From Epiperipatus broadwayi (Eukaryota > Animalia > Onychophora): 64,000 nt of DNA. A model generated the notes under the pieces. That model saw nothing but the letters and a program-made list of their open reading frames with translations, was not told where the DNA came from and searched no databases. Location of the stretch: contig JAQFVV010000005.1 in assembly GCA_028023455.1 (NCBI GenBank), positions 22,940,001-23,004,000 on the forward strand, written 5' to 3'. Made by a program: the position numbers and the translations under genes. Each line of letters opens with the position of its first letter. Position 1 is the first letter of the stretch. Shown here piece by piece: positions 13,191-26,011 of this stretch.

Positions 13191-14459
13191 AGTCCTTCTG
13201 GTGTTCAAACTTCTTATGAACTTTGAGCAATAAAGCCATTCAATTCCTTTTTTCTTGAAGTAATCTTGATAACATATAAATGGGCTTACATCTCCGATGA
13301 AAACCATATTCAAATTGACTATAAAATACTTTTTGAAAGTCTTTTATCATTCATTCATGTCATACATCCATTCCACCAAAAATGTGGTTTTATAAAAGTA
13401 GATTCTGTAATTTCACATCCAGAAAACTAAAGAACATGTTGAGTGATGTTATGATCTTCCACCAATATTTTTAGAGTTTTACAGTAATGTGTTGGATCAA
13501 TAAGAAGTGATGAAGACCTTTGACTAAGTGTAATGACTAGGTCCAACGGATGGATGGTCTTGGGGATTATTTGTTTCATATGCATGTGAATACTTTCATT
13601 TTAATTTTGATAGGTAATTCATCTTTATACAATATATCTGAAGAAACAATGATGAATTTATCATAGTAATTCGTTGTCACTATTTGTGATTATAAATACA
13701 GAATTATATCAACCATATATGGATTTTTTTTATGTCTAGAGCCTAACATGAAGAAGCATCATTCCAAAGTATGATATGATGAATGTAATTTTATTGGTAT
13801 AAATAATGCTTAGATGATTTGAAATTTTATAATATATATTGAAGTTTCATATTAAATAAATATAGTAATAATTGTGTTAAAAAAAGCATAAGTAAATTCA
13901 AATTATGATCTTATGATATAAAAAGGAAGGAACTCACAAAATCTTTTAAATAAAATGATAAATTAATTAACAAAATAAATAAAACTAGTTACATGAAGCA
14001 ACAGATGCATTTATATTATTTCACAATTATTTTTTATTTTATTTGATTGCCCATTTATTAGTTATCAGTAAATTGGAATATCTGGAATTAATTAAACAAT
14101 GATTATCATATTTATACAAAATACTTGGGGTTGTGATTTGATTTATTATTTTAATGATTCCAACCTCAGGAATCTGCTTCAGGAACATTTCTGTCCACTA
14201 TATATGTTTTTTATTTTAATGAAGTCGCATCTGACTGCTAACCTCGTTTATTATATATTAAAGGGAAATTTTATTTTGAGAATAAATGAATTATAAAGAT
14301 TTAGGTATTGTTTTAGATGCTAAATTGCTCTTCTGAAAGCATGCCTAATATTTATGTTCTAAAGCATTTAAAGTTACAAGGTGTATCTTTTGAAAAGCAA
14401 GATTTTGTAATAGGGAAACTTTTGAACACCTTATTTTCACCTTTAATATTATACTTATT

Positions 14460-14607
14460 TTTTAAATTGCACTTTATGCAAAAAAGTGAAGCTTAGTATT
14501 ATTAGAAAAGAATTATACAGCGAGAGCACTTTCTGAGTTTCTGAGAGCGTATAATTCTTTTCTAATAATACTAAGCTTCACTTTTTTGCATAAAGTGCAA
14601 TTTAAAA
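14460..14607. repeat. Perfect 59-bp inverted repeat with 30-nt spacer
   Basis: 14460-14518 is the exact reverse complement of 14549-14607; spacer agcgagagcactttctgagtttctgagagc. Confidence 0.95.
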
Positions 14608-16051
14608 CTTACCACTCAAAGGTTATGTTATTTGAAACTTTGAGAATTAATCTCATGATATATCATTAGATACACTATGAGCAAAATTTATAAATTATTA
14701 TAATGCAAAGTTTAGAACAATCTTCATGTCTCCTCATGTTTCTTTAAAATATTATGAAGTTGCAAAATTAGTTAACAAGATAAATTAAAATATTAAACTC
14801 CATTAGCAATATTTGTAGTGTTTTTGAGCAGTGAAGACCTTGCAAAGTTTAGAAATAATTGTTTAAAAGATTTTTCACTAATGCAAGGCTTCTAATATTT
14901 AATATGTTAATATTCATCATTTAATTATAAATAGAATAAAACATTTAATTCAATGTATATAAATAATTTTAATATTTGTGATGAGTGCACATTGTGCTTG
15001 AATGTGTATATATATTATGTATAATATTATTGTTTTTATTATTTTATTTATTTTTTCTGCTATTGATATGTGTTCTATGATTAGGTTTTTTTTTTTTTAT
15101 GAATGCCTGTACAATGCACAGATGTAAATAAATTGATTTAAAAATGAATTCTACCCAAATTACTTTAAAAAATATATAAATTAATTATATAAGTAGTTGA
15201 GTTTTTTAATATCATAATATGTGTATGAATATATTCATATATTTAAATTTTACATGTTAAAAAAAAAACAGCTTATATAGTTTAAATTAAAAATTACTAA
15301 TCCTAGACGGAGATAATTAGAATGAATAAGAATAAATATAGTTAAATTATTATTTAAAATCATTTAACTATTGATAGCTTTCATATAAATATATGTTAAA
15401 TAATAAAATTATATACTGTGATTAATTTATTATAATGTTGGATAAAAGAAATGTGTATTTGTTCATTTCCAGCTATTATATTTGCATCCGATTTTTTTAA
15501 TATCAAACAATACAATATCTATTCTAATAAAATCACTTAAATAATAAGCTAAAACTTATTATCTAAATGTATATATTAAAAACCATTATATAAATATTTT
15601 ATACCATAAATTCTTATATTTAAACAATTTTACATACTTAGATGAAATTTATTTAAGCAATGATATGAATTAGATTAACAATGATATAATAAACACCTTC
15701 ATACTTCCCCATTCTTTTTAAATTCACTTAAATAAAGATATAATAAAAGACAAATGATCTTGAAAAATTCCTATTTCCATTTACAAAACAAAGGCTTGAT
15801 AGTATTCATGTTAAACATGATCTATTTGAATGTGAAAAATTTACACACATAAAGATAACTAAAATAAAAATGAATGTTTATATATAGCCAAAATATAGTG
15901 TTTATGACACTGAATTGCTGCATATATAAGCAAAAATAAATAATGGTGAAATAAATATTTTGGTAGTTCTTATCTTATGCCATTTGGTGAATATCCCTTA
16001 TAAAGAAAATAAATACAAATCTTAAAAAATCACAAGAAGACATCATAACTG

Positions 16052-16168
16052 TTTTTTTTTTTTTCATATGTCATAGCATCGGCTGGGAGGCAAACCCGCA
16101 ACAACTATCTGCAACCAACTGCTTGCTTGCAAGGTAGCTGCACTGACCTCTCAGCTAACAACACGACA
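16052..16168 (-). mobile_element. tRNA-derived short SINE, variant subfamily B
   Basis: Same 3' end as family A (gatgctatgacatatga + poly(A)) and same gaggtcagtgc core, but a longer variable region; a partial second copy lies at 16300-16383. Confidence 0.75.
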
Positions 16169-16500
16169 TTTTTATATATAAAAATAAGCAGAAAGAATAC
16201 TATCACTGAAGCAATCCAATGTATGAAACTAAATAAATGTCAACCTTATTTGTATCTACAAGGAACAATACTAAAAATTATTATTTTGATTGATTATATG
16301 AGGCGAACCCACAGCAACTGTCTGCAACCAACTGCTTGCTTGTAAGGTAGCTGCACTGACCTCTCAGCTAACAACGCTTGACATTTTTATATATAAAAAT
16401 AAGCAGAAAGAATACTATCACTGAAGCAATCCAATAAATGTCAACCTTATTTGTATCTACAAGGAACAATACTAAAAATTATTATTTTGATTGATTATAT
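16087..16500. repeat. Tandem duplication (~213 bp + ~201 bp) including most of a SINE and its flank
   Basis: gaggcaaaccc...ttgattgattatat at 16087-16299 is repeated at 16300-16500 with a few substitutions and a ~14-bp indel. Confidence 0.9.
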
Positions 16501-17018
16501 CTATTTAATATGATTATTCATACATGAGATAGAAATTACTTTTATAAAAAACAAATACAATACTGGTTTATAATTAATATATAGACATTATGGTTAATAT
16601 AAAATAAATTACAATAAACATATACATTCATTTGCACATTGTATTTAAAGTTGTTTATATTCTTTTATTAATAATATTTTAAAAATATAAATATTTAAAT
16701 TGTTTTACTTATAAATTATAAATCTTTAAACTATGCATATGGTATTAATATGTACAGATAATTTTAAGATTTAATTAATACTTGTGCTGCATCAATGTCA
16801 ATAAGAAAATTATATATAAGTTAAAATATATTTATCATATGTATTCTACATTTAATTTAGTAATAAATTAAATAGTAATTATTTATAGTTATAAATAAAT
16901 ACTTATTACAAATAATAAATATTTATTATAAATAATAATAAATTATAATAGTTTTAAACTTTTCTCCAAAAAAATGTAAATCAATATAAAGAATACATAC
17001 ATTTATATTAACAAACAT

Positions 17019-17100
17019 TTGTTTAATACTTTAAAACTGTTAAATACATCAATATAATATGTTGATGTATTTAACATTTTTATTTTAAAGTATTAAACAA
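17019..17100. repeat. Imperfect AT-rich hairpin
   Basis: ttgtttaatactttaaaa/ttttaaagtattaaacaa (18 bp) enclosing tgttaaatacatcaa/ttgatgtatttaaca (15 bp). Confidence 0.7.
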
Positions 17101-17280
17101 GCTTTTCTTTGTTTATGTGTTGTATATATTATTTATATTGAATTATATAATTAAGTTATACATTTTATCATTAAATTATAGAAAATAATAATAAAATCTA
17201 TATAATTATACATAAAAAGCCTTTTCAGCACATGATTTTATTTCCTTACTAAATGTTGAACATCTATTTTAAATATTATG

Positions 17281-19210
17281 TGATATGATGTGATGCACTG
17301 TGACTTCTTATACAGAATCAGGAATCTCTCAGCCACTATGCTCAGAGAAACCTGTTAGCCACTTTATCTCCCCTTTCTATCCCCCACCCTAAGTTTTTTC
17401 CATATTCTTCTCTATACTGCTCCATCCCATTTCCACAACATAATCTTTGTCCATTGCATGACCTTTATATCTAAATCTCCCTTATCTTTTCCCAAAGCCA
17501 GCATAAAAACCAAGAATCCACTTTCTGTATAATCACTTTGTTTATATTTATTCTTCCACAACTTCATTATTTGAACCTTTTCTGCTTTCAGGCATTAATA
17601 GATGCCTAGTATTTTCTATGCCTTCCTTGCACAACTTGCAGATTAAGTCACCCACATTTTCCCTTTTATATGTATATTCTCTTGTTGCTAAAGATCCTGT
17701 TCGAGCCTTAAACAGTATATTAATTTCCTTGCTATTATCATAAATTAACTCGCACCCAATATTCCGTTTACTTCTATATATATATATTTAAACTCTTTTT
17801 TCTCTCCATACTAATTCCCCATCTCTTCAATTCCCTATTCTTTATTAATGCATCTATTCTTCTATCCCATTATTTGCCATTATAATATTCAACAATTCTC
17901 CTAAAACAATCATCCCATCTTTTGTATAAGTATACTGACATAAATTCTTTATCCAAATCATCTGCATACTGGACTATCTTTTTCACCCATGTTGTTACTT
18001 GCTCTTTACTCATAACCCAATTAAATACTGTTTTGGCTATTCTCTTATCCGTAAATTGTAATCTACCAAACATTTTTATTTTTGCATCTCTCATATAAAA
18101 ACTTGATCATCCCATTTCTCCTTGAAATATCTCCTTTGCCATCCACACATCTATATCTAATGCATGCCTTCCTACTTCTCTTTGTATTTTTTATAAGTAA
18201 TCCAAGAACCTTTTACTAACACATAACACATCATTACCATATGTTAACTCTGTTACTGCCACTCCCTTCCATACAATTCTAGCCACATCATATTTATTAT
18301 ATGAAAACACTGTTAATTTCTTTATCAATAACCTTTCTTTTTTTTGTTTCATTTATCAATTTTTTCTTCTATTCATCCAAGCAATTTCTTTGATTACTTA
18401 AGACGATTCCCAAATAGCTATACCTATTCACCAAACTTAATTTTATATCCCCCAGTGAAAATTCTTTGTCTTCTGTTTCCCCAGTATTAATCAATATTTT
18501 GATTTTTCGTCACTAAATTTAATTCCCATCTCATCACCTATCCTTGCGCATATCCTCAACATATCATATCTTCCCTTCTTTCTGTTCACAAAATGTCATA
18601 CGCAAATAAAAGACACGATAATGTATATACTCCCTTGCTACCTATTAATGGTATCTCTACTCCTCTTCCCAGTTTTTCTAGTTCTCCATTTCTCTCAAAT
18701 ACAACAAAAACAAAGTAGGTGATATAGAGCATTCTTGCCTTAGCTTCACCCCATTTTTAACTTTAACTGATTCTATATTTTCTAATAGATATGTATAGTA
18801 ATTATTTTCATACAATCTCTTAATAATATCCACTAAATCTCCATTCATTCCCAAATTTACTAAACTTACCTATAATTATTTTTATTTATTCTATCATTTG
18901 CCATCTCTATGTCTATAAAACCATATATAACTGTCTACCTTTATTTCTATTCATATCTATAACTTGTGTAACTACAAATAATCTATCTCCTATATGCCTA
19001 TCCGATCAAAAACTTCCTTGCATTTCTCCCACTATATTATTTTTTTGCATCTATTTTGCAACCCTTCCAGCTATCATATATGTGAAAACTTTATATAACC
19101 ACTGACATTACCACTATCGGTCTTTAATTGCTTAACTTTCTATGATACTTACCCTTTTCTTTAAATAGTAACCTTACTCTTATATTACTTCAACTATTTG
19201 GAAAATCTTG
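17281..19210 (-). mobile_element. RTEX-like LINE, 5'-truncated copy 1
   Basis: Reverse complement aligns to ~56200-58080; ORF 17870-18094 (KIKMFGRLQF..RIAK) matches 57358-57552; ends in a (CATCA)-type tail. Confidence 0.85.
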
Positions 19211-19935
19211 GTTATGTGATGTGATGTACTGTAGCTTCTTAAACGAAGTCAAGAATCTCTCGGCAATTATATCCAGAGAAACCTGTTAGCTACTTAATTT
19301 TACATTCCCAGTCTACGTTTTCCCATATTCTGCTCCATCCTATTTCCACAACATAATCTTTGTCAACTCTATGGCCTTTATATCTAAATCTCCCTTATCT
19401 TTTTCAAACTCAGCATAAAAACCAACTTTCTGTATAATCACTTTTTTCATATTTATTTTTCCATAACTTCATTATATGTGCTCTTTCTGTTTTCAAGCAT
19501 TTACATTCAATTAACAGATGCCTAATATTTTCTATTCCTTTCTTACATAATTTACAGACTAAATCACCCATATTTTTCCATTTACATATATATTCTCTTG
19601 TTGCTAACGATCCTGTTCAAGCCTTAGACAATAAACTACTTTCCTTACTATTATCATATATTAACTTGCATCTAATATTCTGTTTATTTCTATATATATA
19701 TTTAAACTTTTTGCTCTCCATACTAGTTCTTCATCTCTCTAGCTCTCTATTCTTTATTAATAAATCTATTCTTTTATCCCATTCCTTACCACTATAACAT
19801 TCAACAATCCTCCTAGCACAATCATCCCATCTTTTGTACAAATGTACTGATATAAATTCTTTATCCAAATCTTTTGCATACCGCATTAACTTTCTCACCC
19901 ATCTTGTTGCCTGCCCTTTACTCATAACCCAGTTA
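19211..19935 (-). mobile_element. RTEX-like LINE, 5'-truncated copy 2, directly abutting copy 1
   Basis: Repeats 17281-18030 with substitutions (ORF 19731-19925 MSKGQATRWVRKLMRYA); gtgatgtgatg tail at ~19215. Confidence 0.85.
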
Positions 19936-20808
19936 ATCTATTATTGAACATAGAGTGCTATCTACAGTGTTGTAATAGAAATGAAAATAACAATAATAAA
20001 ATAAAACATGAATAAAACAAAATAAAATTATGATGCAGTAATCCACATTGTTAAAACTTTATTAAAAGTTAAAAATAATTAACTATATGACATAACAACA
20101 TACATAATAAATGAAAACATACTTTATACATTTTATATGCTGTCATATATAATTTTCTATTCATTTTTGACTAGTTGTTAATTAAATTTATTGAAGTTCT
20201 ATAAATATATAATTATTTATGTTATGTTTAATATAATGTTTCATATATTTGTCTTTTTTGGATCTGTAATGTAATTTAAAGGTTTTTATAGCATCTATTT
20301 TATGACCATATGTTAAGTAGTGAATGTATAAAGCAGATGTACCATATCTTCTATTAATTGCATTGTATTTTTTTGGCTCTTTAATTAGTTTTTCTGTATG
20401 CTGTAGTAAATCATATAGCTATTGTCACAATTACTTTTATATACTATTTCTTTTTTTGTACATTTAAAGATCTAAGAAGAAGACAAATATATTTAACATT
20501 TTATTAAACATAACATAATTATATGAATATTTATAAAACTTCATTAAATTTATTTAATAACTGGTCAGTTAAAAAGAATGGAAAATTATATAAAAAGATT
20601 GTATATATGAAGTTGTATGAATCATGTTCTTATTTATTTTGTATATTGTTATGTTATCTAGGTGATTTATTTCAACCTTTAATGAATTTTTAAGGATCTA
20701 GATTGCTGTATTATTTTGCTTCATTCATATTTTATTTTATTATTGTTATTGTTATTATTTTTATTTCTAGTGCAAAACTGTAAATAGTGCTCTGTGTGCA
20801 ATAATAGG

Positions 20809-20949
20809 TTAACTCTTTGACCCCCAATACGACTTCTGTTCGACTAACTGGAAATTACGACTTTCAGCTGAGTTTATGTGTAATCAGTAAAGAGTTGGGG
20901 TAAATTTTTCTAAGAATTACAAATGGCCGGCTGGATTTCAAAGAGTTAA
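20809..20949. mobile_element. piggyBac-type MITE (133 bp)
   Basis: TTAA|CTCTTTGA at 20809-20820 and TCAAAGAG|TTAA at 20938-20949; CpG-retaining interior. Confidence 0.65.
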
Positions 20950-23558
20950 TGGCTAAAATAGATGTTCAACTTTTGATTATGACATAATATCATGTGTCAA
21001 AAAAGGCTTTTTATGTATATACTTTATATAGCTGTTAAGTGTATTTTTAAAATTATTCTTTATTTTATGTTTCAAAAACAGCATAATGGATTTTCTTTCC
21101 ATTTTTGAATATTTATTCTTAAATGAACTAATAATTTCTTGTATAGTAAGTTTGAAATACTTTTTCAAATCTAATAAAATATTTAACAAACATCTCTAAA
21201 TAAGATTAAAATTACTAAAATAGATTAATATAATTAAATAATCCTTTATTTAATGATTATATTCACATTAATTGTATTCTTTTTTTAAATTAAAAGTTTT
21301 TATTAGTCTAATTCTTATTGAATTAAAATTATACAAAATTGATATGGTTTAACTTACGTTATGAAATATGAAATATTGTTCCTAATGTTTGCTTTTTTAT
21401 GGAAATATTGATATTAATTTGTCATACTATCAGTGTTAAAATCCTTAATATATGTTTTAAAAATTAATACTTAATTTTCCAGAAATCCAAGTAAATTGAT
21501 TTATAATGTAGCTTCATGATAATTTTCAATAATATATTAAAAAAGAATAATATGGGTAAGGATAACATCTGGTGAAAGGGGGGGGGGATCCTGAAATTAA
21601 AATTTTTGACCACTTTTGTCTTTTTTATAAGACATTTGAAGATTAAAATATAGAAAATTATTCACTACTACCTTATAAAGATTTCCTCCAGCAGATGGTA
21701 GACTTTTATACAAGGATTTACTGTAATAATCATTATCAATTTATACCCACTATTTTGATTATCTATCACCTATTTTGCTATATATACATATTTAATGTCC
21801 ATTTTTTAAAATTAGTGATCATTTTGTAAGACAAATGAGCCATAGGATAAATATGAAAGCAAGATCTTGGGAGGATTTAAAAAAATGTGATATTGATGCC
21901 AAAAACAGTATAGTAATTGTTTTGATTATATAGTATAGGAATATATGCAATTAAAATAGTTAGAAATATAATTATTATACTTACTAATTTTCATTCAGTA
22001 TCCTTGATAGATAATCTATTATCATTTATGACAGTCATTGTAAATAACTTTCAAGAGCAAAAAATAAATGTTTCATTTAGTAGAATACATAACCAAACAC
22101 CAAGTTTGATTATATACAACAACAAAGTACTAAATTTTTAAGTGTATATTCACTCCATTAATTTTTCTTTAATTGTAAATTTTAATTTTGCCCAAGGCAA
22201 AAATGCTAACATTATAAATTTAAACTATTTTGAGTATAAAAAGGAGAAAAAATTATTTCATGTAGCATGTAATTAATAATCAACTTTATTGATCAAAGGG
22301 TAGTAAATATTAATCGAAAGTGTCAGTTACACTTAGTCAGCATTCCCATAATTTATATGTAGTTTAATGGCAGCTTTCATTGCAAATCGGCCAAAAGGGA
22401 AGGAAATTCAAATTTCATTCTATACATTCAGCAACAATATGCATTAATAATTAATTATAAAGTGTTTACATTACTTTAAAATCAATTTTTATTTAACTGG
22501 TTTTTAATTAACATTTTTGTATCTATAGACATTTTATTTTCCCTAAGCAAAAATATGTTATTCTAAAAAAAAAATTCAATATCTATAAAAAAGAAGAAGA
22601 AAGATTTAATTATTTACTTTATTAAAACTATAATATTTCTTGATTTAATTTTTATTGAATTATGATTGCATTTGGATGAAAAAATAAACAATAGCAGAAT
22701 GTTGATTTAAAATATATATATATTAATAGCATTTTAAAAAAAATTAAATTTAAATTTTATTGTTAGATAATCATAAAAAGTAAAAGGATTGGGAGCAGAA
22801 CCTAAAAGATACTAAAAAATTTTTTTTAAATATGCATTGCTTTTTTTTTTCTATATGTTTCATTTTAATTTAGTAAATCTTTATTTAGTGGAATATTAAT
22901 TTCATTAATTTTTGATATACACAGCATTTTGAGGAACCAATTGAGCTAGCTATTCTGGATAAAGCTATATTCTATTAAACAGATGTGAACAAATTTAGGA
23001 TAAAACTTTTAATAACTCATAATCAAATTTCAGTCATTAAACATTCTGTTTATTAAGTATCTTTTTATAAAGGAATATTTCATTTATATTCATTTAAAAA
23101 TTACTAAGAGCAAATAAAGAAAATTCCAAAAATTCTTCATTAATCACATTACAGAATTTGAATGACACATTTGTAGCTCATGAAATCTTAAAATATTTGC
23201 AAAACATATGACACAGGAATTTATCTTAAGATTGTGATAAACTATTTTATATCAAAATATTCTTAATCTGATTTTTTGGTTCTAATTAATTCAACTTTGT
23301 TTAAAATAATTTTTTTTCTACAGCATAACTTAAATAATTTAATTTAGCTGAAATAAATAAGATTTATTTATTTTTTTAAACTGAATCAATAATAATAATA
23401 AATTAGTTCTATTTTTTTTATTTTAACAAACGTCTTTGTTTGGATGTGTGTGTGTGTGTGTGCATGTAATGTATATAGTTTTAATGATAAAATCCAATTT
23501 ATAAATTCTGACTCCAACTCCTAATTGCAACTACCTTTATTTTCTTAGTTATAAATCG

Positions 23559-23918
23559 AGATAGGCCAGGAATCCCCAACCCTATGCTTGCGGGCACCAT
23601 GGCGCCCGCAGACCATTTTACATGTGCCCGCTGCTATCCGAACATGATAAAAAATTATTTATCTGATACAAATAAATTTAATTTTTAAAATTTCTTATAA
23701 ATTATTGTATTATATTGTAATCAAATTGTAGGGCATACTATACTTTTACAGTGTAAAAATATAAACGTTAATTATATGTTAAAATTTTATCTTTGAAATA
23801 AATATTTTTTTGTACATTATGTGCATTATTAACAACATCCAACTATAAATTTACTTTGAAAAAAATAAATGGTGCCCGCCACCTGGCCAGTATTATAGAA
23901 TGGACCCCTGAGATAGGC
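23559..23918. mobile_element. Non-autonomous hAT element (344 bp) with 8-bp TSD
   Basis: TSD agataggc at 23559-23566 and 23911-23918; termini caggaatcccc and ggacccctg; subterminal gcgggcacc/ggtgcccgc motifs. Confidence 0.8.
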
Positions 23919-24064
23919 AATCTATCTCAATATATTTTCACAATCATATCCATTCTTATCATCACATTTAAATTTTTTTGTAAAAATATTTATGTAGGTA
24001 CTAAAAATTTATGATCTTCATTAAATGATTTAATGCAAGTATTTACATTATTATTTATCATCAT

Positions 24065-25720
24065 CATCCTCATACAAACATATATATAGATTTTCAAAAA
24101 TTCATACAAAATACTGTAACTCGTATTTCTGATAACCCTAAACAATTTTGGTCTCTTGTCAAAGATTTAGGTATTATTTTTAAAAAATTACAAAGTAATA
24201 ATTTAAATCTAGTTGCAGATGATTTTTCTCATTATTTCTCAGAGCTTTCTAAACAATCAAAATCTCTTTAGACCTGACTGAAAATGATCTAATTGATGAA
24301 AAGGTAACATTTAATCTATTTATTAAATCTGGCATTATTTTTGCTATGAAGCAGATTAAATTACATTCTAGTATGGGTCTTGACAATATTCCAGCTTTAA
24401 TTTATAAAAAATGTGCTGAATATATTGTTTCTCCTCTTTTGTATATTTTCAATTGTTCTTTAACAAATGATAATTTCCCGAAGTCTCTTAAACTTGCTAA
24501 AGTTGTACTTATTTTTAAAAAAATAGTCTAGGAATTCAGTGACTATAGGTTTATTTCAGTTCTATACACTGCCCAAATATTTGAAAGATGCTTATATAAT
24601 AAGATTATCTTTGATGTCAACAAGATTTTGGCATCAGAGTACCATGAACATGGCTTTTTACCTAATAGGTCCATTGAAACAAATCTGTGAAATATCTTTT
24701 ATCAAATTTCCAATTTAATTGTGAATCAATTTAGATTGGATGTTGTTTATTTTGATATATCCCAAAACTTTTGATAGGGTTAATGATAAAATTCTTCTTA
24801 AAAAATTTTGCAGATTAGATTTTTCCAAAGGATTAATTAATTGGTTTGATTTTTTTCCTTAAAGGCAGGATGTCTTGTGTGAAGTTTAATAATAAATTAT
24901 TATCACCATATTGTTGCTTCACTGGGGTGCCTTAAGACATGGTTTCTACACCTTTATTATTTAATGTATATATTGATGACCTCAAAAATTATATTAAATT
25001 CTCATACCTTCCATGTTATGCAGATGATTGCAAAATTTTCAAGCATTTCTGTTCTATTAATGATTGGTTTTTTTTTTTTATTTCAAAGAGATATAGATAA
25101 TTTCTTGAAATGATGTGAAAATAATTATATAAACATAAATATGGATAAGTGCTTCATTGTCTTACTCCAGGAAATCTGAAATCTTAAGGTTTTCCTATTA
25201 TATCTATGGCTCTAAAATCTTAACAAATGATAGTGAGATCTAGGAATAATATTTTCCAATAATGGCTCTTTTCATCACCACATTGATTTTATGGTGAATT
25301 AAGTTTCTCAAAGTTATAGGAGCTATTTAGCATTTAGTAAATGTACAAATATCGAACTTTTTATATCTTTGGTACTCTCCATCTTGGAGTATTGGCTCAA
25401 TTATATGGAATCCTCATTCCAAGACTGATATAAAATTTCAATCTGTTTTTGACATTTTTTTTAAATTAAATAATCTAAACAATGATCAGTACATAGAATT
25501 AAGGCTGAGATGAAAAACAAGAGATCTTAAATTTCTGCATAAAATTATTTCCAGAATATTTTTATATCTAACTTGTTTTCTAAGTTAAGTATCAAAATAG
25601 ACCATTATAATATTTGTACTTATAATATTTTTTAATTTAAAATTTATAAGTCTAATATATTAAAATCCTCCCGTTTACTTCGTTTACCCAGAACTTATAA
25701 CACACACACGCATTATGTAG
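24065..25720 (+). mobile_element. Degraded CR1/Jockey-group LINE RT region
   Basis: ORF 24346-24531 (SSMGLDNIPALIYKKCAEYIVSPLLYIFNCSL..FPKSLKLAKVVLIFKK); downstream HGFLPNRSIETNL, LDVVYFD and YADDCKIF (~25015); many frameshifts. Confidence 0.85.
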
Positions 25721-25965
25721 GATTTGCACAAAAAATAGCAGTGTATGTGGGGATTATTTGTATTTTTTAAATTCACTGAAACTTTCAATTCCTTGGGATT
25801 TTGAAGCCAAGCCAAGTAGCTTATCTAATTGTATAAACTTATTCTAGGTAAGAAATTACATATTTTAGTGGTTTCAGTTATATGCTAATCATAGCAGATT
25901 TGATTTTTTGGCTATGAAGGAGGGATATAAAATAAAGCACCATATGATTCCTTGCCCATCTACAG

Positions 25966-26011
25966 TAACATCAGTAACCACTCTATATAAAATAATTCTA
26001 AAGCCTCATAT
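25966..26011 (+). CDS. Candidate 46-nt internal exon of an unidentified host gene (TSVTTLYKIILKPH)
   Basis: Acceptor ttccttgcccatctacag and donor AT|gtaagt; only one frame is open. No homology recognised. Confidence 0.3.

Noticed and set aside
14420-14650. TSD and tail around the perfect 59-bp hairpin
   Set aside because: Best direct repeats are only 6 nt (ttattt or aaactt) in AT-rich sequence, so it was not counted among the TSD-arm-tail insertions.
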